DNA of 64,000 bases from Antechinus flavipes (lineage: Eukaryota): assembly GCF_016432865.1 (NCBI RefSeq), contig NC_067400.1, positions 576,910,001 through 576,974,000 on the forward strand, written 5' to 3'. Made by a program: the position numbers and the translations under genes. Positions 1 through 11,849 of the stretch are shown piece by piece (positions within the stretch are counted from its first letter, which is position 1; every line of letters begins with the position of its first letter). The notes below the pieces were generated by a model that saw only the letters and a program-made list of their open reading frames with translations, was not told where the DNA came from and searched no databases.

Positions 1-547
1 GTGCCCCTGGGGCCACTAAGGCTGGCTCCCCTGACTATACAAGTAGATACTCAGGAGATCCAGTGGGCTATTTTGGGGCTTCGCCTTTTCTCTTGCCGCC
101 CTAACGTAGGCAGGAACTGTGCCCTGAGCCCTGATTCTGTCATCTAAGGCAGCTGTTTCCCTGGCAAGGCCTCCTTCCTTTAAGAATAGAAAGTGCTGTG
201 TGAGATGCTCCTTTTTATCCCAAAGCTTCAAATCAGCAAACTACACCTTGGGTGGTTATTGTAGGAGGAGGTGGTGAGAATCATACAATGTTAGAAGTGA
301 AAAGCATCTGAGCATATAGGCTGTCAGAGCTGGAAGGGGCCTCAGAACAGAACAGGGGAACCTCATATAGCTGTTAGTTCATCTTTAAAATATCACATCT
401 AGAAGGTATCAGAAATCATCCATCCCCTTATTTTATATAGCTTTCTGGATGGAGAAAAAGGCTCCCAAATTCTCTTCCAAAAGTACTGTTGACTTATCTC
501 CTGTCTGTCTTATTTCTCTATCTGAGAAGAAAGGAAAGGAAGAAAGC

Positions 548-805
548 AAGCATTTATTAAGCTCCTGCTACATGCCAATCCTTGCGCCAAGTGTTTTACA
601 AACATTATCTTATTTGGTCTTCATTACAGCCCACCTGCCCCCCCTTCCCTCTCCCCGGAAGTAGGTGCTATTGTCTCCATTTTACAATTGAGGAAGCTGA
701 GGCAAACAGGGTAAGTGACTTGGCCAGGGTCATATTGCTAGTAAGTTTCTGAGATTGGATTTGAACAAGTCTTCCTGACTATCCCCTGTGCCACCTAGAT
801 GCCTG
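548..805 (-). mobile_element. MIR-type CORE-SINE
   Basis: It shows the core ccattttacaattgaggaagctgaggc…aagtgacttggccagggtca…gatttgaac and the L2-like tail aagcatttattaag. Confidence 0.75.
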
Positions 806-1264
806 CAGAGACAGGAATATCTGCCATATCCTTTGCTGAAGGTTGCAGGTTACATATAAGAAAATTATTAGAGACCTCACATTCTTGGTTAAAGCAGTTC
901 CCATCTCTGGTTTAAGTTTCCACTTATATAGGATGGCTCTAAGGTCCCTTCCAATTGACATTCAAAGATTCTAGGGACCTGAAACTAGATTTGGGGGTAA
1001 GTAGTTTATTAAGTCTCAAAAATAAGAGTTTGCCTTTTTAGTATTGAACCTTAAGCCCTTGCAGTGCCCCTTGTCCTTTTGTTGATGCCGGGCATATCAC
1101 TTTTGCTTGGGGATCTTGCTGGATGGTTGAAAATGTGTTCGTGGAAGTCCAGGATTAATATATTAGCCAGTACTGTGAGCAGCGGGAGTCTTGGAGACGT
1201 TGGATGCAGTGAAGGCATTTTGACTCTGTGAATGAACTGGAAGATTCTAAAAAAATATAATATA

Positions 1265-1530
1265 ATCATCGGCATGTCAAAGCTGGCAGAGCCTTCAAAG
1301 AGAATATGTTAGAGATGGCAAGAGTAGGAAGGGATCTTATAACACAGTGTCCAAACTGGAAGGGTCTTAGAATACAAATTATCTGGGCCAGCCCAGATAC
1401 GATACGCGATCTTTGAGTAGGAAATGTCTGAGAAGGAGCCTTAGTATTGAGCATTCCCAAGCTGCAGGGGGCCTTGGAACAGGAGGTGTTGGCATGGGAA
1501 GGGACCTTAGAATATCTGGCTAGGAAGGAA
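1265..1530 (+). repeat. Degenerate ~33-bp tandem array (agaa…gtcagagctggaagggacctt type, MIR3-tail-related)
   Basis: Motifs such as aaactggaagggtcttagaa and gggaagggaccttagaa recur. Related decayed copies sit at ~280-430, ~3830-3960 and ~15835-16025. Confidence 0.55.
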
Positions 1531-2832
1531 CTTTATTAGATTTATTAGATTAGATTATTTATTAGATTTATTAGAACCCTAACCCTAACCCTTCTCAAAA
1601 TTAAAATTAGTATGTCAAAACCATTCTTTGTTAGAAGAACAAAGATATTACAGCTGTGGGGTCCTTACAATGCTGTATAAAGTATGTCATTTAGAGATTA
1701 CCTGACCATGACAGGTTCTTGGGCCATGTCATACATACAGGGTCATACAGTGAATTCGTGGCAAACAGAACCCGAGCCTCCTAACTTGTAGACCAATTTT
1801 CCTCCTACAAGCTAACAGGTTGGTTTTATCATCCAGAATCTTTGAGAGCATTCAGGACATTGTCCAGTTGAAGTTGCCTAGATAGATAATCAAGCCATTC
1901 AGCTTCTGACCAATGCTCAAGAGCTTCCATTATCCCATGTATTCTGCAAACCTCCTTCCTTCCCTCTTTGTATTTTTTTTTTTTTGAGGTGCACTTGCAC
2001 ATTGCCTCATTGCATTTGTATAACATTGCCCTTGAGGCAGGACTGTCCAGGTTCATTATATTGTTCTACTGGTGTAGAAAATGTGCACTGACTAGCTGCA
2101 GCCCTTTGTGACTTGCCCCAAGTCATTCAGGCCATGGGCAAGCACCTTGGCCTCTCACTGTGATCACCAGAGGTCCCCTCTAAAAGCCTTTCTCACACCT
2201 TTAAATCATTACCTCTCCCTGCTGGAAGAATATTGACTTTCTCAGTCAGGTAGTGGAGGGTTGGGGAATGAGAGAGGAGAAAGTGGGTAGACTGACTAAG
2301 AACTAAGATGAAGATCTGAGGTTGGCAGGGAGAGTTGAGGAGGATTTTTAAAAGCTAGGCAGTGAAGCTGGGAACTTTATCTTTCCTCCTTTTGCTGTCT
2401 ATCCAAATCTTCTAAGACCCAGCTGCAAATCCTCACTTTCCAGGAACACTTCCCTGACCATTACCCTCAGGGGTTCTCTGCTTCTCTTTCTGTCTCTGTC
2501 TTTCTCTCTCTCAACACTTGTCTATATCAGTGATTTGGTAGTTAATTATTGTTTTGTACTATTGAATCAGAGATATAGAGCCGCTGGCAGGGACCTCAGA
2601 GGTCATCTGATCTAACCTCATTTATAGATGAGTAAACTCAGGCTCAGAGAACCTAAATGATTTGTCCAGGGCCATTCAGCTCATAAGATTCTTTGGCAAA
2701 GCATTCAGGGTTAAGTGACTTACCCAGACTAGTGTCACGTGTTTCAGGCTGGATTTGCACTCAGGTTCTCCTGACTCTAGGGCTGGTGCTCTGTCTACTG
2801 GGCCACGTAGTTGCCCCAGCTAATGAATTTCT

Positions 2833-3145
2833 TTTTTTTTTTCTTTTATAATAACTTTTTATTGACAGAACCCATGCCAGGGTAATTTTTTATAACATTA
2901 TCCCTTGCACTCACTTCTGTTCCGATTTTTCCCCTCCCTCCTTCCACCCCCTCCCCTAGATGGCAAGTAGTCCTATATATGTTACATATGTTGCAGTATA
3001 TCCTAGATACAATATATGTTTTCAGAACCGAACAGTTCTCTTGTTGCACAGGGAAAATTGGATTCAGAAGGTAAAAATAACCTGGGAAGAAAAACAAAAA
3101 CGCAAATAGTTTACATTCATTGCCCAGTCTTCTTTCTTTGGATGT
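2833..3145 (-). mobile_element. Young 5'-truncated L1 3' end with a perfect 16-bp direct repeat (TSD)
   Basis: CAGCTAATGAATTTCT occurs at 2817-2832 and 3146-3161. There is a poly(T) tract at the left end and a marsupial L1 3' UTR (ttttattgacagaacccatgccagggtaa…). Confidence 0.9.
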
Positions 3146-4389
3146 CAGCTAATGAATTTCTAAGGCAGCATTTGAACCCAGGTCCCTCTGGCTCCCACAT
3201 CCATTCTTCTCCCCATACTGTACCACCTGCCTTCTTTATAGATTGGGCTCACAGAAGCGTAAGTCTATTGGCCTACTGTTGCAAAGCAAATAAGGAATAG
3301 AGCCCACATTCAAACTGGGATCTGATTCCAAATCTAGACCCCTTTCTATTTTGTTATGCTGTCTCACATTTCTTCTCTCACGTTATTGTTTGTAGGCTTT
3401 CCCTGGTTCACGTCCTTCCTCTTCTAATAAATTGTATGTTGCTAGAGTCCAGGGAGCACTTATTATATGTGACTTACTACATTGCCTCTGGCAAAGTCAC
3501 TTCTGAACCTCAATTTTCTTATCTGTAAAGTGGGGATAATGGCTGCCTCACCTGCCTCACAAAGATCTAATAACAGATGAAAAATTCCTTTAGAAACCAT
3601 AAAGGGCTTTATGAGTGAAAGGTGGCGATATCATTTTTCTCTCCGGAAATCCAATGTGTGTGAGAGGAAGGGGGGTAGCCTTTGTGCAAAACTACATGGA
3701 GGTGGTCATTAAGCACTTTCTTGATTGGTGGTGGCCTGTTGGCTTCCCCACGGCACCAGCTGTGGGGAATTATAGGTGGATAGGATGGCAGGTCATTTAT
3801 AGCTCTTAGAAAAGGCAATGCTAAAATGCAGAAATGTTAAACCTGGGTGGGACCTGAGAATGTAGACTTGTAGAACCAGAAGGAGCTTTGAGACAGAAAA
3901 TATTAGAACTGAGAGGAACTTTAGGATATAGACTATCGGGGCTGGAAGGGACCTTCAAAATGATTTTATTCAGCTTCTTTTATTGAAATGAAGCCACTTG
4001 CCCAAGATCACCTGCTGACAAGTGGAAGAATCCAAACTCAAACCCTTGTCTTTTGGCTCCAAGCCTAGTATTCTTTCCACTATATTAGACCAAGAAGACT
4101 TGGATTGACTGGGCATGGGTTCCTCTTCAGAGGAGTTCTGAGTGGGCTGACCTTGGAGAATGTAAGGATAGTTTCAGATTTATCTGCTTTGTGCCTATTT
4201 AGGTCCAGATTCAATCTCTAGGCCAGGAGAACTATTTTTCTAGCAGCTGGTCCCTGTTTTTAAATAGGTGATCCCTTGTCCCATCTACTTCCCTGCCAAG
4301 TCCCTTTCTCAGAATTCTGAGTCAAAATTTGGACCTTAAGAGGAAGGGGGATAAAACAATTCATTACTGAAGAGATAAAACATACACAC

Positions 4390-4392
<3 letters not shown>

Positions 4393-4424
<32 letters not shown>
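4393..4424. repeat. (AC)16 microsatellite
   Basis: Read directly from the sequence. Confidence 0.95.
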
Positions 4425-4426
<2 letters not shown>

Positions 4427-4489
4427 GACTTTTATAACTTAAAGAAAATGTAGACAATAAACCATTATCAATGTTAAACATATATGTAC

Positions 4490-4492
<3 letters not shown>

Positions 4493-4530
<38 letters not shown>
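4493..4530. repeat. (TG)19 microsatellite
   Basis: Read directly from the sequence. Confidence 0.95.
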
Positions 4531-4534
<4 letters not shown>

Positions 4535-7500
4535 ATATAGAATCTAAATTTGTAAAGGAAAAACTAACTAAATTGCAAGAGAACACAATAATAGGAGACC
4601 TCAGTGTCCCTCTCTCAGAGCCAACTATATTTAACAAGTAAACAAAAATAAAGTGAACTATTGGAGAATTTGGGCCAAAAAGATTCATAATGTATTCTGA
4701 ATGAGACCACTAAATAATATACATATTTCTTAAAGCAACTCATTACACACAGTTACAAAAATAGACCACATCTTGGCATCCAGAAAAACTGCAAATGAAT
4801 TTATTAAGCATATCCTTTGTAGACCACAAAACAATATAGTCACCAACACTGAGAGCACCAGCAAAAGCTACAGACCCAAAAAAAGACTTGATAATGAAAT
4901 CCTACTCAACAAATGTATTAAAGAAGTCAAAAAATGTAACCATGTGAAAGACAATGATGACACTAAGAAAACATGCCAGCATTTCTGGGATATTGTGAAA
5001 GAAACCCCCAAAAAAGAAATTGTATCTTTAAAAAAAAAAAGTATAATAGCAAAATAAAAATAAAAAGATACATTATATATTTTTTAAAAACCAACTAGCT
5101 CCCCTGAAAATAAGCACAAAAGAGGAAATGATAAAAATAAGAGGAGAAATTGATCAATTATAAATCATGAAGATTATAGAACTAGAATCAAAACCTTAGG
5201 AAATTAACTATATATAGTTTTTTGTTTCCTTAGTATCTGGATCCTCCTCCAAGGACATCCCTTTGGCCTAGGGACAATTGAAGATTCAGGGGTTAAAAAA
5301 TTATTACTGGCCTAGCAATTTTATAGTGTCGACATGTTGTTGACTTTTAGAAAGGGAAGAGTTTTGGGTTTCCTTCTTTTATTCCTGGGCTAGAGAACCA
5401 CCAGGATTCCCTGAGATTGGAAACAGCTGGCACAAGTGAATTACTTGGACCAGAAAAACAACTTCAGAGGAAGCTCTGAGGGCAAGGAAGCAATACACTG
5501 GGGGCTTTCCAGGTAATGCCCTTGGTTTTTTAGAAGGCAGGAGGTTTTAGTAGTCTGCTTAACTCTTTGAATATGGTTATTATTATTGGGATGCTAGGGT
5601 GGACAGGAGCTGTTTGGACAGGTATCACCACAGTTTGTGATGCGGCCTAAAACAAGTCTGAAGTCCTGTGCTAGAAGTCCTTGGTTAGGTTTGGTGGAGA
5701 TGCCACTTCCTTTGTGAAAGGGTTGGGAGGAAGGGAATGATTGATGCTTCTTCTCCATAGACAGAGCTGGAGGAAACCTGGTAGTAATGGGAGGAGCCTG
5801 TGAAGGAAGGGGCCAGCCTTGAACTTGAGCTCTCCCAACCGAGCAGCCTGGCTAAGGTGGTGTCATTCTCTCTCTTCCCTCCTCCTTCATGATACAACCC
5901 CCCAAAAGAACCTGTATTAAAGAGCGGGGATGAGGGATGGCTGAAGCCTTGTTGGGCCTGGGTCTTTAGTCTGGAACTAAAGAAGGAAAAAATGAGTTGG
6001 CCTGAGCTGTGACCTTCTTATAGGACCTTATTAGATAGTCCTTCTCACTTTCTGGCCCTAGAAGATGAAAGGGTTGAACTAGATCATCTCCAAAGTCAGC
6101 TTCAGCTTGGACACTGTCTATTTGAAGGCCTTTCCCAGTCCTGGCATTTTACCATCTGAGCTTTCTCTTTTAGCTCTGACACTTTGTGTTGTAACATCTG
6201 TGTTAGAAAGTCACTTCCAGCTGTGACATTTCACAATTTTGTGTTCAAGTTTGGAGCTGGAACGTTTTCTTTTCTTTTTTTTTTTTAACTTTTGTATTTC
6301 AAAGTTTCCTTGGCTTTTGGCAGAAATTGAGATGGTTTTCTCTGTCCTAAAATTGCCCTTCAGAAATATAAGGCGCAAAGCTGCCACCCCAGAGGTAGCT
6401 TCATTTCAGAAGAAATGCAGCACAGGAGGAGGAGGATTGAAGCTAATTAAGGTGGCTCCTAATTCCTCCCAGAGAGGGTCTTCCCCTTCATGCCTCCTTT
6501 TGTCTAAGCCACGGCCTGAAGCAGGGTGCAGTGGGGAGGCTGCTGCTCCCGCTCTGGAGGCCTGGAGCTGGCTTATGAGTGAGTCATCTCCCACTTGTGT
6601 CTCCTTCTGCAGGACTCCTCCCTGCAAACATCTGAGTCAGGCTGTCTACCAAGGTTGTCTGCACAGGCTACACTGGGCCAAACCATCTCTTTAGATGCTG
6701 ATAAACATCTAGTAATACTTTAAGATAGCCCAAGATTATATTCAGGTATTTTTTATCTTATAGACCTAATTTTAACTGGACTAAATCACCTGACTGGGCC
6801 TGGAGCTGTGAGCTTTCCCCAGCCCCTAATCTAGCATCAAGACCTTGCCCAGCAGGTCGCAGTCTGGGTTTTTCAGGCAGAGCCAGTTTCTGGGGTCCAT
6901 CAGGCCAGCGTGGAGCCTGGGTTATTTTAATACTTCCTTGCTTGCTGGAATTGAGCGGGCTTGTTTCCCAAATTATAGCAGCAGTCTATTTCCCGAGAAA
7001 TTGCTTCCTTCAGCAGCAGGGTCAAGGGGAGAAACTATAATCAGCTACTGCCCAGGATTTGGGAGGAACACAGTACCCTCCACTTAATTTTCCTTTCACT
7101 GCCACCTTACCTATTCTCTGACTTTTCCTTGGGAAATATGTAGATGTGAAGGTGAAAATGAGATGCTTCAGCTGGGTGATCTGTCTGTTCCTGACCTCAC
7201 TGGTGATAATGGGTAGAGACCACAGTCTCACCCTGGCCTTGTTAGGGTCAATCGTGTGTGGTTGTCAGGGAGTCTCCTGGATGGGTTGTGCAGGCTTAGG
7301 GAGATTAATCAGTCAGCTTCTCTTAAATCAGGGTCAAGAGAACACCTCAATTGAAACCAATCAGTGTTTGTTGAGCTCCCACTATGTGCTGTTCCCTGTG
7401 TTAGACACTAGACATGCAAAGGAACATAAAGACCTGATTCTTTGCACAGTAAGATACAGTAAGTAGATTTGATCTCTAAAGTCCTTTCAAGTTCCCACTG

Positions 7501-7629
7501 GCTGAATTAGATGAGGACAGAACATAAACATATAAAAGGGACATTCTGTTAAGGGCTTTAAAAATTAAATGCCCCTGGAAATTCTGAGAAGGGACAGAGA
7601 AGCCCTGGACCTGAGTACTGGAGATAATA

Positions 7630-8042
7630 TTTTTTAAATTGAATATTATATTTAAAAAAACCCTAAACATTGGATACTCATTCAAGTAATTTATTATTTC
7701 TGTTACTTTGTATACGTCAAATATCACACCGCTTTTTCGTTTCTTCTCCCTAAGACCCCATCAGATCTTTGTCCCATTCATTCTCATTCCCATATTCTCT
7801 CCTCCCTCTTGCTTGTATAGTTGTAGTCAGTGAGCATTCCATTTTTCTGCTTCTCCCTTTTTTGCTTTGCATTATTTCCTAAAAGGTCTTTCTACATTTT
7901 CTTTCATCATACTAGTTTCCCTTAATTGCTTTGTAGCATTTCATTACACAAGTGTATCACAGTCTGGTTAACCATTCCCCTCGCTGCTGAACATTTATGT
8001 TGCCTCTAGTTTTTTCAGTTACATATCATGTTGCCATGAACA
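7630..8042 (-). mobile_element. Old L1 3' fragment
   Basis: Contains tagcatttcattaca…gtttaaccattcccct…tctagttttt…gttgccatgaaca-like L1 3' ORF2 and UTR motifs. Confidence 0.55.
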
Positions 8043-8154
8043 GATCAGCCTTCTGGAAGTGAAATAAACAGAGGTCTGAAGGAGAGGGCAATACTGGCTT
8101 TTTTGCTGTCCCTTAAAACAAGATCCTCCCATCTCGAGACACCAGTCATTTTCC

Positions 8155-8395
8155 TTGGCAGTCCCTTATGCCTGGAATGCCTTCCGTTCTACCTATCTCT
8201 GCCTCTCCAGCTTCCTTCAAGTCCCCAGCTAAAATCCCTCCTTCTACAACAAGCCATTCCCAGCTCTTCCTTCTAGTGCCTTCGCTCTATTGATTGTTTC
8301 CACTTTATCCTGTATTTATCTTGTTTTTACAGAATTAGACTGGGAGCCCCATGAGGGCAGGGATTGTATCTTTTGCCTATTTTTGTATCCTATGG
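8155..8395 (+). mobile_element. L2 3' fragment
   Basis: Contains atgcctggaatgcc…ccttcaagtccccagctaaaatcc…gagggcagggattgt. Confidence 0.65.
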
Positions 8396-10539
8396 GATTT
8401 TATTGACTGGGTGACTGAGGATATCCCAAATATTCTGAGATGGAATTGGTTGTATTTCCTTGGAGCAAAGTATTGTCCCCATCTGTAATATGGGGGCAGG
8501 TGTTCTTGCACAATCTGTCTGATGGAGAGGCTTTGAAGAAAACAGCATTCAACTGTGTAAATGTTCACTGTTGCTAATCTCTGAGGGTTCATACAAAAAT
8601 GTAGTGAGGTGACAAATGTGGTACTAGACAGTGAAGAGCCTTGAATGCCAAGTGGAAGAATTTAATCTTGAGAAGCAGGGAATTGTTGGAAATTTCTTAG
8701 CTCAGGATCTGTGATCTGCACAAAGTCATGACAGTAATTGGACACCTTTGGGAGGCTTGAGGTAGGAGCTGGAGATTTTCTCAGGACGATCCCTAACTCA
8801 ACCTCTGGGAGAATAGAAGCTTCTTACAAATTTCCTTTTTTATCAGTAAAGTGTATTGACTTAGAATGATTGATGCTATTTAGTGGTTTAAAATCCCAAA
8901 CAGTCCGGTGAGGTAAGCACTTCAGGTGATGTGTTATCTTAACTTTCCAGATGAGCAAAGCTAGATGCAGGGAAGTTGCTGTTTGTCCCGGGTCACAAAG
9001 CTAATAAGTTTTCAGAGGTGGCATTTGAACCTGGCTCTCCATTGTACTATTTGCTTGGCTCTGGGAGCCCAACATTGGGCCCTGTGTACTGTGGGATATG
9101 GATATGGGAAAAGCAGGAGACTCACATCTTGCCTGTGATCTCACATCCTCTGCAGGGAGATAAGACACAGATACATGTAACAGGCCAGGAATAATCAGGA
9201 TGGCAGATGGATGTTGTGCAGAGCACCCGCCATAGGTGGATGAATTGGCAGGGGGCGTAGATTTGGGGCTGGAGAGGGACCTCAGGGCCAGCTAGTACCT
9301 CCCCTGGAGGTGAAGCAATTTGCCTGATATCATCAGAAAGCCAAATCCTTGGCTCCGGAGCTGGCGATTCTTCCATTCTAGCACAGGGTAGCATCTGATA
9401 GGGGCAAGAGACTTGGGAAAAGAATCAGGAGCCCCGGGTTCTAGTCTAGAATGTGCCATTAATTCTCTATGAAGTCTGCCCTGTTGGCCCTTCACACAAG
9501 GGTGCAGGCCAGGTGACCCCCAAGGCGGTGTGTTAGGGCCAGCCCTGAGATTGAGGCAGCAGCCTCTCCCCAAGGATGGGGATTGCTCCGAGGGTGGCCC
9601 TTGGGAGCGGGCCAGAGCCTCTCACTTGGCCAGACATCGCCAGGGCCACCTCTCTGTGCTCAGTGGGGTGGGCCTGAGAATGAACATCCTTGTTTGGCTT
9701 GCCCTCTACTCTGCCAGTCAAAACAAGGAACTGGAGCTTCCCTGAGAGCTGTAGAAAAAAGCCCTAATGGAAGTCAACTGTTCTTTTTTCTTCTCCCTCT
9801 TAAATGTTTTATTGATGCTCTTTTACATCACAGTTTCTTCCAAGTTACTCCTTCCCTTGGAACAAATGAGTCCAGTCTTGCAAACCAGATGAACACACTG
9901 GCCTGTCCTTCACCTGCAGCCCACCTCCTCTGCCTAGAGGCTGGCTTCACTAGGTCTTGGAAGCCACCTCTGGTCCCAATGTCCATTGGAGTTCTGCTCT
10001 TTCACTGTTCTCCCTCTCATCATTGAGCTTGTTGTTGAAGTGGCTTTCCAGGTTTTGATTAGTTCGTAGCAGTCCTCAAGTTCCTTAGAATCCATCATCA
10101 GCATCCTTTCTTGTGGCCTGGTGATATTCTGCTAGATCTCTTTACCACATTTTGTTGGCCCTTGCCTTTCCTTTCACTGCTTTGCTGCTCCAAGGACTTG
10201 TGTATGTGTGGAACCTTTTCCTCTGTGACCATGGTGGGATACGTGGCCTTTGTCAGGTGCTTCAGACTGTAGGTGGTTATGAAATTAGGAGTCCACTTCC
10301 CCTTAGCCTCAAGTGCTACAGATTTATGGATAGGTTGGGAGGTCTGGGAGGAGGTAAAATTTTATCTTGGAATCAGCTCACTAAGGGATAATTTTAGTTT
10401 TAAATAATTTCCAGCATGTGTAGTGGGAATGGCACTGGCCCTGGAGCTCAGCCCAGCCATTGAGGAAAATCTTGTGTGCCTATGTAGAATGGAATAAATT
10501 TTTATGTAGTACCTACTATGTTTCAGGCACTGTGCTTTT

Positions 10540-11563
10540 TTTTTTTTTTTAATAGCGTTTAATTTTTACTATTGCATATAAAGGTAGCTTACAGCATTTA
10601 TTTTTGTAAAATTTTTGAGTTCCAAAATTTTTTCTCCTTACTTTAAAGGGACTCTTACCTCCCCTTTTCTGAAGACAGCAAACAATCTGATATAGATTAT
10701 ACATGTACAATCATTTTAAACATGTTTCCATATTAATCATGTTGGGAAAGAAAAGTCAGAACAAAAGGGAAAAACTGAAAAAGAAAACAAAAAACAAACA
10801 AAAAAAAGAAAATCTTTATTCAGTCTCCATAGTTCTTTCTCTACATGTGGATGATATTTTCCACCCCATATCTATTGGAATTGTCTTGGCTCACTTTATC
10901 ACTAAGAGCTAAATCTATCCTAGTTGATCATCTTATAATCTTGCTGTTACTATGTGTGATGTTCTTCTGGTTCTGCTCACTTCTCTCAGCCTCAGTTCAT
11001 ATAAGTTTTTCCAGGTTTTTCTGAAACCAGCCTGCTCATCATTTTTTTCTCTATAGTATTTTATATGTATATAATGTAGTAAGCAATGCAGTATTATATG
11101 GTATGTAAAGATAGTTTTCAACATTCATTTTTGTAAGATTTTGTAAAAAAAACAAACAAACACAAGTACCCCCTTCTCAAGACAGTAAGCAGTCTGATAA
11201 AGGTTATACATGTACAATCTCTTTAACATATTTCAATATTTGTCATATTGTGCAAGAAAAATTAGATCCAAGGGGAAAACACCAGGAGAAAGAAAAAGCA
11301 AACAAAAACAAAGATGAAAATACTATGCTTCGATGCATATCCAGTCTCCATATTTCTATCTCTTGGTGTGTGGATGGCATTTTCCATCCCAAATATATTG
11401 GAATTGTTTTGGATCACCACATTGCTGCTGCTCAACATTTCTTATAGAAAAATAGTATTCCATTACATTCATATACCCTAACTTATTCAGCCATTCCCCA
11501 ATTGATGGACAGCTATTCAATTTTCAGTTCTTTGCCACCACCAAGAGAACTGCTATAAACATT
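10540..11563 (-). mobile_element. L1 3' fragment A, inserted into a MIR (about 19-bp TSD)
   Basis: TTTCAGGCACTGTGCTTTT at 10521-10539 versus TTTCAGACACTGTGCTTTT at 11564-11582. MIR tail sequence lies to the left and MIR core to the right. Confidence 0.8.
11045..11427 (-). mobile_element. L1 3' fragment B, nested in fragment A (about 13-bp TSD)
   Basis: CTGCTCATCATTT at 11032-11044 versus CTGCTCAACATTT at 11428-11440. A second L1 3' terminus (tatgtaaagatagttttcaacattc) is present. Confidence 0.7.
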
Positions 11564-11849
11564 TTTCAGACACTGTGCTTTTACAGATACTTCATTTGAT
11601 CTTCATGACAATCTTGGGAGGCGGGTGCTATTTTTATCATCATTTTATACTTGAAGAAACTGAGGCAAATAAAGTTAGCTGGATTTTCTGACTCCAAGCT
11701 TATGGCCCTTAAAAAACCATAAACATAGATAAACATATCAAACTTCCATATGTATAGATATTTCTATATGTCCATATGTATCTCTATATCTACTCATATA
11801 TAAGTATCTAGATATACGTGTGTGTGTGTGTGTATGTGTGTGTGTGTAT

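Larger units (their letters stand above)
4330..5210 (+). mobile_element. Decayed L1 ORF2 endonuclease-region fragment
   Basis: Remnants aataataggagacctcagtgtccctctctcaga (IIGDL..PLS) and acaaaaatagaccacatcttgg (TKIDHIL). It is interrupted by microsatellites. Confidence 0.7.

Noticed and set aside
1576-1592. Telomere-like CCCTAACCCTAACCCT next to ATTAG repeats
   Set aside because: Fewer than three units, which is too short to call an interstitial telomere or fusion scar.
6990-6999. STAT6-type TTC-N4-GAA words (also at 26842-26851, next to a reverse CCAAT)
   Set aside because: Single short motifs are expected by chance in 64 kb, and no conservation data are available.
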